Assembly: GCA_030141605.1 (NCBI GenBank)
Contig: JAQGDQ010000024.1
Location: 682,001 to 746,000 of the forward strand
Direction of reading: 5' to 3'
Length of the DNA: 64,000 nucleotides
Origin: Tubiluchus corallicola
Lineage: Eukaryota > Animalia > Priapulida
Made by a program: the position numbers and the translations under genes. Below, piece after piece: positions 11,802-23,614 of the stretch. How positions within the stretch are numbered: the stretch's first letter is position 1; each line of letters opens with the position of its first letter. Below the pieces are notes generated by a model that was not told the DNA's origin, ran no database searches, and worked only from the letters and a program-made list of their open reading frames with translations.

Positions 11802-12237
11802 GGTGCGCGGTAAAAATGGCACAGGAAAATGGCTCAAATGGAAAAGTAGGAAAAAATGGCACAGGAAAAATGGCTCAAATGGAAAAGTAGACAAAAATAA
11901 CACCAGGAAAAAATGCCATAAATGGAAAAGTAGGAAAAAATGGCACATATGTTATTTTGATGCAATCGATTTCTATGATAAAACTAGAATGCGATCAGGA
12001 GGAAGCAGATCTTCGCCAAAGCCGACCAGTCCTAAACTTATTCATCTGATTACTTTGATTAAAAAACGCAAAACTAAGATAGACAAGCAAACATACAAAA
12101 ATGTATAATTCATTAAATAAAATTATAATGAATAATTCACGAATATTTCTAACCTTAAACACATATTTTGCTATGTGTGTCATTTTACCTACTTTTCAAT
12201 TTGTGCCATGTTTCCTGTGCCATTTTTATCTACATTC
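11802..12237 (+). mobile_element. TIR-type MITE with aaaaatggcac subterminal repeats
   Basis: Left arm ggtaaaaatggcacaggaaaatggctcaaatggaaaagtagg is the inverse of the right arm (cctacttttcaatttgtgccatgtttcctgtgccatttttatc). Further copies at 22358 and 33520-33740. Confidence 0.75.
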
Positions 12238-12799
12238 GAGCAGAACTCAATGGACAAACCAAATAGGCTTTTGCAGACATTTTTTCACTTTACGCATAGT
12301 CTTTGCCCTTAATTTTTACGTGGTACATATTTACTGATACACCTAACTGACATCTCCACTGAGATGTATGTCTGATTGTCTCTCCACATTCTCAATTTTG
12401 CTAGCACTTAGACGAAATGTGAACGAACATAACAGACAAATTCTTAATCATACTTAACCATAATTATTAAAAATGCGATTGCACAACAATCGCGCCTGTA
12501 AGATTAAAAAGTGTAAATGACTCTTGTGCTAATATAGCTTCTCTATATACTACCAAAGACACAAGAAAGGGTAGAACCGCTGAAATAAGCTTAAACACGA
12601 AATACACTTCATCTCTACCTAATGAAATTGTTTTCATACTTAATTTAGAAATCTCATTTCATGATGCCACCTTTTAATAAAAGAAATTTTTGACTCCACA
12701 AAAAGGGATAATGAATCATAAATTTTTGAAACTTGAGTGCAAGTTGAACTTTAAAAGCAGAAGCACATTTCTGAAAATGCTAGCATTCTGCAATGTGTG

Positions 12800-13200
12800 C
12801 ACATACAGATCTGTGATAGCTAGCCAAGGAAGGTTGTTCACCAACAACATGGAGGATGGTTTCCTTGCTGTTGATGTGCGTGATCAATAACTGCAAAGGC
12901 TATGGAAGTCCCAGCCGCCTTAACACCTACACGTCTGTATACAGCAACAGCAGTCCATGCATTAATCCACAATGGCTGTTAGCCAGCCAGCAGCTAACGT
13001 TGTGCTTGTATGGAAAGACAACCTCAAAGAAGCCTGCTTTTCATGAACATCAACGGTGACGTCAGCAGAAGCCAGATCTTTCAACTAGAGTCAGGAGAAC
13101 TGAGTCTGAAGCCAAGAGAATGCGTAATCGAGAAGGCTGCTGTTGATGTGATTCACAGGAAACCAACGTCTTGTCACTTTTGACTTCCTCCACATAACTC
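12800..13200 (-). mobile_element. Possible highly decayed L2/CR1 LINE reverse-transcriptase fragment
   Basis: Minus-strand pieces (SPLMFMKSRLL*GCLS; LQLLITHINSKETILHVVG) resemble the L2 RT N-terminal region; several frameshifts are needed. Confidence 0.3.
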
Positions 13201-16200
13201 GTCCAAAACACAGCGGCTCAAAGAGATATCTAGGGTGGGAACTGCAACTATACTCTGGGTAGCTCCACTACCTGTCTTACATCATCACTTCATCCTGTAA
13301 AGGAGTTCTTCCCAAGTTAGTAGTACCGCACACGCCACACAAGTTACTGTCATTAGGCTCAAAAAGTGATTAGCGAGAAATTCACTAGGCCTCATTGGAT
13401 ACATATCAGGATCATATGCAACGACTGAAGAAGCTACGAGACTTTATACTTTTAACAAATAAAAACATTTACCGTTTTTATAAATTTCTATGGACCAATA
13501 ACATCGACTAGTTGACGACTATTTCATTACTGGTAATGCAAGGAAAAGCCCTTCAACATTTTCTCTACAGAAAGAAGAAGACAGAAGAACACCGAGAGTG
13601 TGTGTAGGCTCTGATGACAACTAGGTAAGACTGCAAACACATGAAATTACAACCAATGGCTACTTTACATGTAATCCTATAACATACATCCACATACATA
13701 TAGCTACACAAATATATATCCAGCAATAACAACAACATTTAGCAACTACCGGCGACATTATCGTTGAAAAAATACCCTATCTATTATCTTACTACATAAA
13801 CAAAAATATTGAAACAGGCCAGCATATGCGCCAACTCCTTTCCTGACAATTTTTTACTGCTTTTTTGCTAAAACGCCACATAAATAGTTTGCCTAACTAG
13901 AAAAAATGAAAATACTAGAATTGCACACTTTTACACTTTCACCATCTCGCAACCTGTTTTATAATGGGGCAGTGCTAAAAACGAAAGCCAGCGTCAACGA
14001 CATAATACACCCGTGACTAATATGACCCGTGGTGTATACTGCCCAATGCCTATACGTAGTGTGACTTTTGCGGTGTTGCTAAATGTTACCTTTAACATTG
14101 ATCTTTGAATCGATTTTCAAGGTATTCTCATTAGTTTTTTTGACATTATCATGAGATCTAGCGAGCTTTAAAAAACCAGTATCTAGTATTTTTGGATCAC
14201 TACATTTTCCGTCACTGTCACGTTCACTGTTAAGTTTTGCAAAACCAAACTTATATCATATTTACGTAGCTAGGCCCCAAAAGGCCTTATCCCAGTTCCA
14301 AATGGCCCCTCAACTCGAAATTCTAGAACACGTCTACCTGGCAACATGTGACGTCCTTCCCCTGAATTAGCGTGTACACCTGAACATATATCAAGTTTAA
14401 CTTGCGTGGGTACCCGCTGGCATTTAATAATATACACATGCAATGCAAAAGTTTGAACTAAGTTCGGACATATTTACGGACGAGTAGGCTTAGATAAGAA
14501 ATAAACAGTCGCCATTTAGGTTTCAAATTAATATGTCTCGTTAGAAACCGCGGTTGACGGGAGGTAGCAACTGTAGGTAACTGTCAAAATGGAAGACCGC
14601 ACTTTTAATGCCTTTTATACCAGTGGACTCGCCGTTTGCTGACTTCATGTATGTGGTACAGTCTTTCTTCATGTTTGCTCTACATAGTATGGTGGCTAGC
14701 CTCTTGCAAATAATGCTTTGAGGTCTACAAGGAGTGCACACCGTACCACAAATCGAATAATAAAAACTTAATGTAAATGCTTAAGCGACCTAAATCCAAA
14801 GTCATTATCAGTCTGGTTGACGATCCCGTTGTTTGCTAGAACATTGTGATAATGGCAAATAACATTTTTATTATTTTTATAATATTTTGATCATGTTTTA
14901 TGTAATTATTGAAATCACGCCTGTAGGGTGAATGACACGCCAGTTCTCTTATTCCTTTTATTCTTACAGTTACTTAATATAAACTTTTGTATATACATGT
15001 AACGCACTTACTATACGTCGACATGTATATTGTTTAATGCGTTCAGTTATTAATACACGGACTATTTTGTTGCTCAACCTTGTTGTCCCGCTATGTGCCT
15101 TTTTTCTTAAGCATTCCTTCATGCCCCGCATTACCCCACATTTCCCAACTTAGCAGACTAAATTAGTGACTACTACTTAAACCTTTCAAAAGCCTGTTTG
15201 TATAGATTTTATAACAGGCTCTTGACATTCAGGTGACATACCAGAAGGGGAGTGTCATCACAGTAACAGGAAATGAAAATTTTAGAATCTGTTATAATTT
15301 TATAAACCATCAGAAATTGCATTTATGGCAGGCAGAAGACGCAATGGTTCTGACATGGTGAATTCACACGCTATTTTACGCAACGAACATTTTTTTAAAA
15401 CAAATTTTCAAGCCTATATTCCAACGTACCTCCATTGTTTTATTTTCTTGATCACCCACTTCATCACTTTAACAAATGCCACATTTTCGCGAATTTTGCA
15501 ACAATCAATGACGTCACGGTGACAATGTTTTGGGGGTTTGGCAGAATAGACAATGAATAATCTTCAAAAGGACAAGAGTAAATCACAATAAACGTCGCCA
15601 TTATGATGTCACCATATTTCGGGTATGATATTACCTTAATGTATCATCAACATGCTAATTAAAACATATCGAAAAAAATAAAAATTTGATGACAAGTTAA
15701 GGCATCACTGTCATTACCAAGTGTCACCTGATCTTTATTTTATGACTTAACTGATTTAATTGATCGAATAATCAGTCAGTCAGTAATCAATCTCATTTGG
15801 CCCAATGCGATACTCGCCGTTGGCACGGACCGATGGATGTCATTAATGAAGCCCAAACTATATTCGGGTTACGGTAAACAAGAGTTGAAAACTAAACTGA
15901 AAACCGCAATAAATAATGTAAGTCAACTTAATCAGCCCATGCACTTGTTTTTTGGAACATTTTTTTCATTTCATGCAAAGTAGGAAATCCTACGTATTAG
16001 CTCGGCGGGTTAGTTGAAGACCTAATGATCTACCATAGTGAACAGAAATTGGTGATTATCAGAAACAATATTATAAAACAACACAATTATACTGACTCTG
16101 AAATCAAGCCACACTTCTGCGTTAAAGGACACAAATTTCAGAAATAAACGATAATCCAAACCACAATGATGGCCTTGAGCATATTTGATAGGCGGCATAT

Positions 16201-16249
16201 TGGTCGTTAAGCCTGTCAAGCATTGCGTGATAGTCAGCAATACACTTGG

Positions 16250-16960
16250 CGATAAGTTCATAACATTATTTTTGTGATTAGATCTAGATATTATTCGAGT
16301 TTCTGCTATCAAAGCCCAAAACAGGCAACTCATGCAAAGCAAAACATCATGGCGCCTGCCATCCTCGTGTTTGCTTGGCAGACTGCAGCAGTAACTATAA
16401 TCCAACATATGCCGGCCATCTTTTCACTTTAGTATCAAATTCTTCGCTGAAGGAATATTTTTACAAACGTTTACATGTTGTAGTTTCTGGGAAAAATGTA
16501 CACTTACCAAAAGCTTTTCTCTGACGCTTTAACACCGTTTTCTAACGTCGGATTGACTTTGCTCTCTACGAGAAGGTTAACGTCTTCGCCAAACATGGAC
16601 CATCTGCCAAAGTACACAACGCCGGTTGTAGACTTGCTCAGCGAGTCAGCTAGTTACCACGCAGCTCTGCGAGGATACTGCACCTGGTTCGCCAGAACGC
16701 TTGCAACAAGCCTGCTGTACCACACACAGAAGGAAATCATTGAACGAGACTATAGTAGCGTGTCCGCTCGGGGAGCATGCCATGACGCACTAGAAACATT
16801 CTGTCTGGTGTCATTATCATGTCCTCAATCGACGTCTAGCAGCTAGCTTGCACTCTCTGAAAAGTTCACTAAATGAAGGACCAAGGTAATGTAGCTGCTG
16901 CCGATTAAAACTGGTCTTGTCATATTTGTATGTATCACTGGTTGATGGGCAACTCTGTAC
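16250..16960 (-). mobile_element. Decayed Academ-like DNA transposon, N-terminal coding relic
   Basis: One minus frame reads GSSYITLVLHLVNFSESAS*LLDVD*GHDNDTRQNVSSASWH; downstream EEFDTKVKR../HMLD..DGRRHDVLLCMSCL. Both resemble Academ ORF N-terminal motifs as I recall them (GY.TL..NL..F...ASWH; FD.RVR.CA..L.D...D..A.DA.YH..CL). The block is GC-richer than its flanks. Confidence 0.45.
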
Positions 16961-19900
16961 GCATTTTTTTCGGCGCGTGGCGATAATTTTTTGCAAATGT
17001 TTCGTAAATGTCCCGCAGTTCGCTACCGCGACGCACTTCCCAATAAAAGCAAGTTTCTTGGAAGACGTCTTAACATGCTCAAGTGAATTTTCGGATTTTC
17101 TTTTGGGTAGGCGCATCCAGATGATGGCGCAGAACTAGCATACTGAATAGCGTAGTGTACCCACTTGAGACCTCATGATCGTGACTCTCGCTAAATATGC
17201 TTGCCTACAAAAATTTAAATAAAGGAAAATAAAAAGGGTTTACAAAATATCTAAAAAGATGACCTGCGCCGTTTTCAGCGTGACTGTGTCACGGCGATTA
17301 TTGACAGCCATAGTTCGACCTTTGTTCAGTCTTTTCCTCTATGATGTGGGGTGCTTTTGCAGTACTACATATACAGATCCGCCATTGATAAGACCTGGCA
17401 AGTTGGCACGTGATTTTAGAGAAATGCGTTTGGCAGAATGTATTCAATGCTGAGTACACATAAATCATTTATAAAGAGAATGAGTCTAATGTTCTTATAT
17501 ATATAGGTATTAAGTCAGTAAGCTACTTATTATATGATTACGTATAAAATCTGGGCGCCTATTACCTAGGTGTTTTTAGCCTATGGTGTTACTGGTACTT
17601 TAGTTGTACTTGGTAATCATCTCTAAATGTCAGGGCACTATCAAGGGCGATGATGGCGTCACATCCATAATTGCTTCAGTAGTAGAAAAGGAAGGCGGCT
17701 GCACCATGGTAACCTCTAGAGTTGAATTACGCATTGATTTTATTCTTGCAGCTGCTGCCGGCAGATTGTGGAGCTGCAAAGCAAGAGAGAACAGAGGCTG
17801 AGGCGCAGATCGCTTGCTTACAGAGGGTTTGCTAGTAAGTCATGCAGCTGACTCTGCTTCAGGGTTATCTCATTATGCCCACTAGTCGCTACCATGTAGT
17901 AGCTACTCACTCGCACACTCGACGCGGAGGTTTATAATACGCAGGAGCGGCTGCGGATGAACTGGTTAAAAGCCTGTGTGGGTTTAGAAAATAACTTACA
18001 TCATTCGGTTCAGCTTCGGCTAGTTTCCTTCCTGGAAAGTTTATATTTCTGGCATGTACGCATATGAAACACTCCTTCGTAACAGACTGTATTGTAGCAG
18101 AACCTTGCGATACGTACAAAACTTATTTCAAAATCATCCGTTTTGATCATTCGGTCATTCATTCCTGCATAATGAATGTATAATTTAACAAAAGTGTTTG
18201 GATAATGTTAGAAATGTCGTTGCAATTAGGCACGGTTGTGACCACTGAACTATTTCCTTTTCTCAATTTGTTATGGAAACTTCGTGTTATGAGCCGGTAC
18301 AAGCTTTCTCAATGCAGCACAAAACCAGTAACATTATATTTTTTTTCTTCGTAGTGACACATCTGACGCACCTAACTGTGCTAACTTTTATCACGCTCCG
18401 TATTTGGATGTAGGCTGAGCCTAATGGCTTGTTCAACTTGAACCACGGTCCTAATTTTCCTTGAATCAAATGAACATCCCTGTCCAAATGTCACATCATA
18501 CAAAATTTGGTCAAAATAAAATCTCAAGAGTCAGAATGCCATAAATGATCTCACCCTGAGACACTTCCTAGTAAAATGCTGTCCAAAATATGTTTTCTCG
18601 AAGCGTTTATAAAAACTCAAATTTGATTTAAATTGCGCTCATTGTGAAATCAGAATTAACCAGAGACTGACCCCGATAATGGCCGGTTTTTTAACTTGCA
18701 GCTTATTTTGTGTATTACAGTAGTATGCCTCACGTACAGAAGCTCAGTATTGAACAGCAGCTCAGCAACAGGCACGTGCACAGGGGGAGGGCTAGTGGGG
18801 CTTGGGGCCCTGCCCTTTTTTATTTTCATTATCAAAAGTACCCTTCAGCCAAAATAAAAATGGATTTTGACAACAGAAAATCTTTATTCAAAAAGTTCAA
18901 ATGATAGGAACCTACTGGCTTCTTTGCAGTGCGCCCGAAAGTCATGAATGTGGGTAAAAACAGCAAAAGTAAATATATTACAGGAATTTTTTCTGTTCTT
19001 TCATTTTTGCTCTTTTCCTGTGGACTGTTTGTGCATTGTTTACAACGTCATTATTAACTGTGATTTTCACCTTGCTGTTTCAGTGTCCAACAAAGTATGT
19101 ACACTAGTTGTACCTTCCAAAATACAGTTATACAAATCGCTTCTGAAAACTGTTGTTTTATGTTAACCTCGGCTTACTGTTATTTTCTCACGAATGTCAG
19201 TTCTTGCGTAGTGTACCTTTTTCACGTGGGATATTCGCCTTTTTTTATTATTTCGAGTGTTCCTGTTTTAATTAACCCTTATTGGTATATGTATAAAACA
19301 GTTTTAGGATAGCATGGGGCATAAGGTCTGTTTGACAAAATCCCTCGGGGTTTTTTACAAAAATGCCAAGAGAGTATACTATATAATGTGGTTTACTGAA
19401 AGTTCATAAGCGGATAGAAACAGATAATAATTTTATGCGAAGAGACATAGGATGAAAGATATCCCGGGGAGGGGAGGGGGAGGTTGGGGGTTAGTCGTGT
19501 CTCATTTTTGTTATCTAATTTGTAACGTACCAGTAATCATTTTGTATGTAGGCGAGTACAGGTAGCACATTTGGTCCGAATTAAAACAGAAACACGGAGA
19601 AAACGTCTGTTCTTTTGACTGTGAAAGTTAGGCATATTTTGATGGTAGATTAATTTTGCTCGTTCCGAAAACCAAGATGCCAAAATTTTTGTAACAAAAA
19701 GTTTTTTGCCATGGTAAGTAAGATATTTGTAACTGAATTAAGTGTTTTGTCTTTGTGTTTGTACGCACAAAATGACACTGTAGGGCAAATGGCCTCGGGT
19801 TATAGAGTCCCTTTGCCATATTTTACAAATTTCCATTCTACATAGAAATGAAGTAGTTAGTAAATACAATATTTTGCAGGCTGAAAGTATATTATGTGAA

Positions 19901-20624
19901 CAACACTTTGCAGAAATTACAAATCTATGTATTAAATAATGTGGAGACTGTAAGCTCTGAAATTTAGGGGGGGGGGTCTGCTACACTACTGCACTAGAAG
20001 GTACTGACACTAAAAGATTTAAGAATATTTACCACATATTATTTTAAGTTTTTGTGTGTATAGCTGATATGACACATCAGTAAATATAGCTGATATGGCA
20101 CGAGACTTTTAAGGGAGTGCCCTTTTCTAGTTGATAGCCTGCCCTTTCTGATTCAGAAACAGCTTACTTCTGAGACTAAACACCTACGTATGTAGGAAAA
20201 ACTAGGTACGTTGTACCTAAAATACATTTGGCTTGCGCTACAGCAACTAGAAAGATTCAAGAAGCCTCTAATTCGTTCATTATCATGATTAAACCACAGA
20301 CTATTGCAGTAAAACTGCGTACAAAATGTTACAAAAAGCCTTCTCTTCATATCAACAGAACAGTTTTTAAACTTCCTAATAATACAATTGGCTCTTGCAC
20401 ATAATAAACACGTTGAAATTTAATATCAAGATCATCATGTAATGTGCTGGTCAAGATATGACCAAAATATTTCTGGTCGTTAACAATCTTGACATCAGAA
20501 TCATAGAATCACGATAGAGCACGACAGATCAGCATAACTTTTGTGTATGCACTATAAGCATTTGCTTTTATCAGAACCGTAATAAATATTTTCTAAAGCA
20601 AAATTTTCACATACATTGAGCAGT

Positions 20625-20722
20625 GTCTATCTACGTATATGTCTATGTCTATTTCCATGTTTATGTCTATGCCTACGTTCATGTCTATGTCTGTGTCTAT
20701 GTTTATGTCTTTATCTGTGTGT
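20625..20722. repeat. (TGTCTA)n degenerate hexanucleotide microsatellite
   Basis: gtctatgtctatttccatgtttatgtctatgcctacgttcatgtctatgtctgtgtctatgtttatgtct; this gives the CLCLCL run in ORF 20616-20939. Confidence 0.85.
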
Positions 20723-22357
20723 AAGATTATATCTAGTCATATCAATGTTGTCCGAGTTTTTTAGTAACATGGACTCGAACACGGCACCTCCTTCTGCAAC
20801 ATCAATAACATGCACGCCGTGGTTATACAAGAAAGCCAAAAGAAGAGCTGACAAAATTTTCGTTCAAACCATATGTGACATGTTCAACTCTACGCAAGGA
20901 TTAAAGACAAACTACCAAAGCTTTTGCCTATTATTGTAACACCTAAACACGCAAGCAACCTACGCAACTGTTTCTGCTTTTACTCCTAACTCGAGAATCT
21001 GACCTACATACGCCTCTAGAGTCTAATCTGTCTTTCTCTCTGCTCAGTGCTCAATAAATACAAAATCTAGTTCTCCTACAGCACGAGGATGGCCTTGAAA
21101 GACACGCAGTAAATGTTCGCCAATGGCGGCTTAGATCGAAACTACTGCATGGTTACTGCTCGGCAAGTAATGGCAACTAGACAAGAGCCAATGCCCTCAA
21201 TACAACACTTGTCTGACGAGAGCGTGCTTACCGTGCAAAGGAAATGCTAGAAACATGGCTGGCGGGGCCATGTATTTTGCAACGCCGTTAACCTGTTCAG
21301 TGTAGGACATCGATTTCCTGTTTTTCTCCTAGTTATCTATTCCATCGCCAAATTGGAATCCATAATGTCGCAATAGACCCCAATAAATACTGATGATCAT
21401 GGCGACGACGACGACGCTGATTATAGCGATGACATCTTGACGATGATGTAGGTGAACAATAAATCAAGCTCAGTTCGTTTAAAACTGTTGCAAGTTATAA
21501 AGGAACATCTACCATGATAATTCATCTAAAATTGTTTTACAAGAGAATGAAAATATATATATCTCATAATTCAAACTGAGGCTTTTACATAGGCCTGCAC
21601 ACGTAACTAGGCAAGCTGAAGATTATGAATTGTATTTGTTGTATGGTCAAGCCATTTGTATGCTTGCAAATCTTTGAACATTTTCCATCAGCACCTGTCA
21701 AATGCATAAACCGATTCAATAACGTTAAAATCAATGTTACCTAGAGTTGCTGGGTTGTTTCCACTGCAGAATTGAGTTGGCATACTGCGTGCAATCACTG
21801 CATACCCGTAATTTGCTTTTCAAATTAACAGTTTAAACAGAGAAATTATTATTAGATTTAGATATTGCAGTTACCACACGATGCATCTGCATACGGTTGG
21901 ATTGCACATAAGACTATATTCAATATAAATCTAAATTTGCATGTAGAGCCTTTAGGTAAAAGAACGTTACATACGTGAATTTTAGAAATTTCAGGTTGAA
22001 CTCGATTTATTCCAGATCGTGAGTTCAATTCTGGTTCGACTGATTCGTGAAGGGACGTTCTTGTTCAAAATTACTTACGGACTATCCTGTACTGCGGTTA
22101 CAAGAGTCACCTTCATGCTAAGGCCTAAAGAGCCTCTGTTGAAAAACTGCGTGATCGATTACCGTAGTTTGTTTGTTTTGTTAGATAGAGTTCGTGATTG
22201 TGTATTTTATTTTGTTAAAAGTTTGCAGTTTTGTTAATGGCAGCCACTATGAAAACGTCAAAATATTGAATGTCTGTAGGTTATATTAAAATATTGCACT
22301 TTATTTGGGAAACAAAAATGCTCTTTTAGGGTCTTAATGTAAGCCTAACTTTTTGAC

Positions 22358-22507
22358 GGTACGTGGTAAAAACGGCACAGGGAAAATGGCACAGAAAAAT
22401 GGCACAAATGGAAAAGTGGGTAAAAGAAGCAAAGGAATAAAAGGCACAAATGGAAAATTAGGGAAAAATGGCACACTCAGTAAAATACGTTTAGGGTTAC
22501 GGTTACA
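22358..22507 (+). mobile_element. Partial copy (left arm) of the aaaaatggcac MITE family
   Basis: ggtacgtggtaaaaacggcacagggaaaatggcacagaaaaatggcacaaatggaaaagtggg matches 11802-11950, followed by telomere-like tttagggttacggttac. Confidence 0.7.
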
Positions 22508-23614
22508 GTGGAGAATTCGCCTTTTTTGTGAGAGACCTGCTTTCTGGCCCGTATTTTGCAACGCCCAATTTTACATCAGAAGAACAGCCGTATTTATTTA
22601 TTATTGTCTGCGCCTGTTGTAGTGCGAAGTAGTTGCAAAGTTCACCTAACAGATGGCGCCAAACTACAGTGAGCAATGGATAGTTCACTCATTGCCACTC
22701 GACCGTTGTAACAAATAACCAATAATCTATTGTCCATTAAGTGACACTTTTTTAATATTGACGCTTGTTGGCACAAGTCCTGAAACAAACAATAATGATT
22801 ATACTACTAATATGCCTATATTCTGCCAGTTCTAGCTACAGAATTTTTTCGATCTAAACAAAAAAAGATACAGACGGAAAAAGTAATAATTATGAATATA
22901 AAGACTAATTTATCTTGTGTCATCATGATTAGTAATCATATGTCTATTGATTTAAAACATTAATACTTGATTTTCACACCAGTAATAACTAAATTGCTTC
23001 AATATCTAGGCTACAATTAATTAAATTAAATTAACAAGAATGAATGTCAGTTATTCCTCTGCTTAAATTAAATTACAAAATCCGAAAGCTAACACAAGAA
23101 TTTTGCTTCTAAATTCTCATAAACTTTCAGACATTCAAATAAGTTGATTATAGTGACTCTGTAAATAGTACATTTTTTATTAAAATATTGCAAAAGCGTT
23201 TGACGGATTTTAACATTGTAAAAAATTAAAGTAAAAAATTGAAACCAAAACACCACTTGATTTTGCGCTGCTGAACTAGAAAAAGTTGTCGGCAGAAATG
23301 ATTTTAAACTTTATATCACTTTAAGTCATGTGTAGAAAAGTTAATGCAAATGACATATATAAATCTCTATGAAAAAAAATTATCTAGTCTAAAATACTTT
23401 GTATATTAAAAATCACTGCACGATTTTGCAAAATCAATATGAAACATTTTGGACAATTTCCAAATTTCAAAGAAGAATTTGGCCCAATAATTAAATATTT
23501 TGGAATCATGAAAATCATTGCAACATGGTTATTTAACTTGTCTTACAAATATTCAACCATCAATGTATAAACTAAGTTCTTCATCTATATTACAAGTGCA
23601 TTTTTGCCACATTT

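Noticed and set aside
11716-12108. Lys/Trp-rich ORF with KWKSRKKWH repeats (also 22353-22622)
   Set aside because: Translation of MITE subterminal repeats, not a protein.
13472-13620. Possible alternative first exon of the 1782-aa gene (minus donor ACG|GTAAAT)
   Set aside because: Only a moderate donor match; cannot be supported without transcripts.
21096-21115. tgaaagacac resembling the 5' end of miR-71
   Set aside because: Only the first 9 nt match and there is no clean pre-miRNA hairpin.
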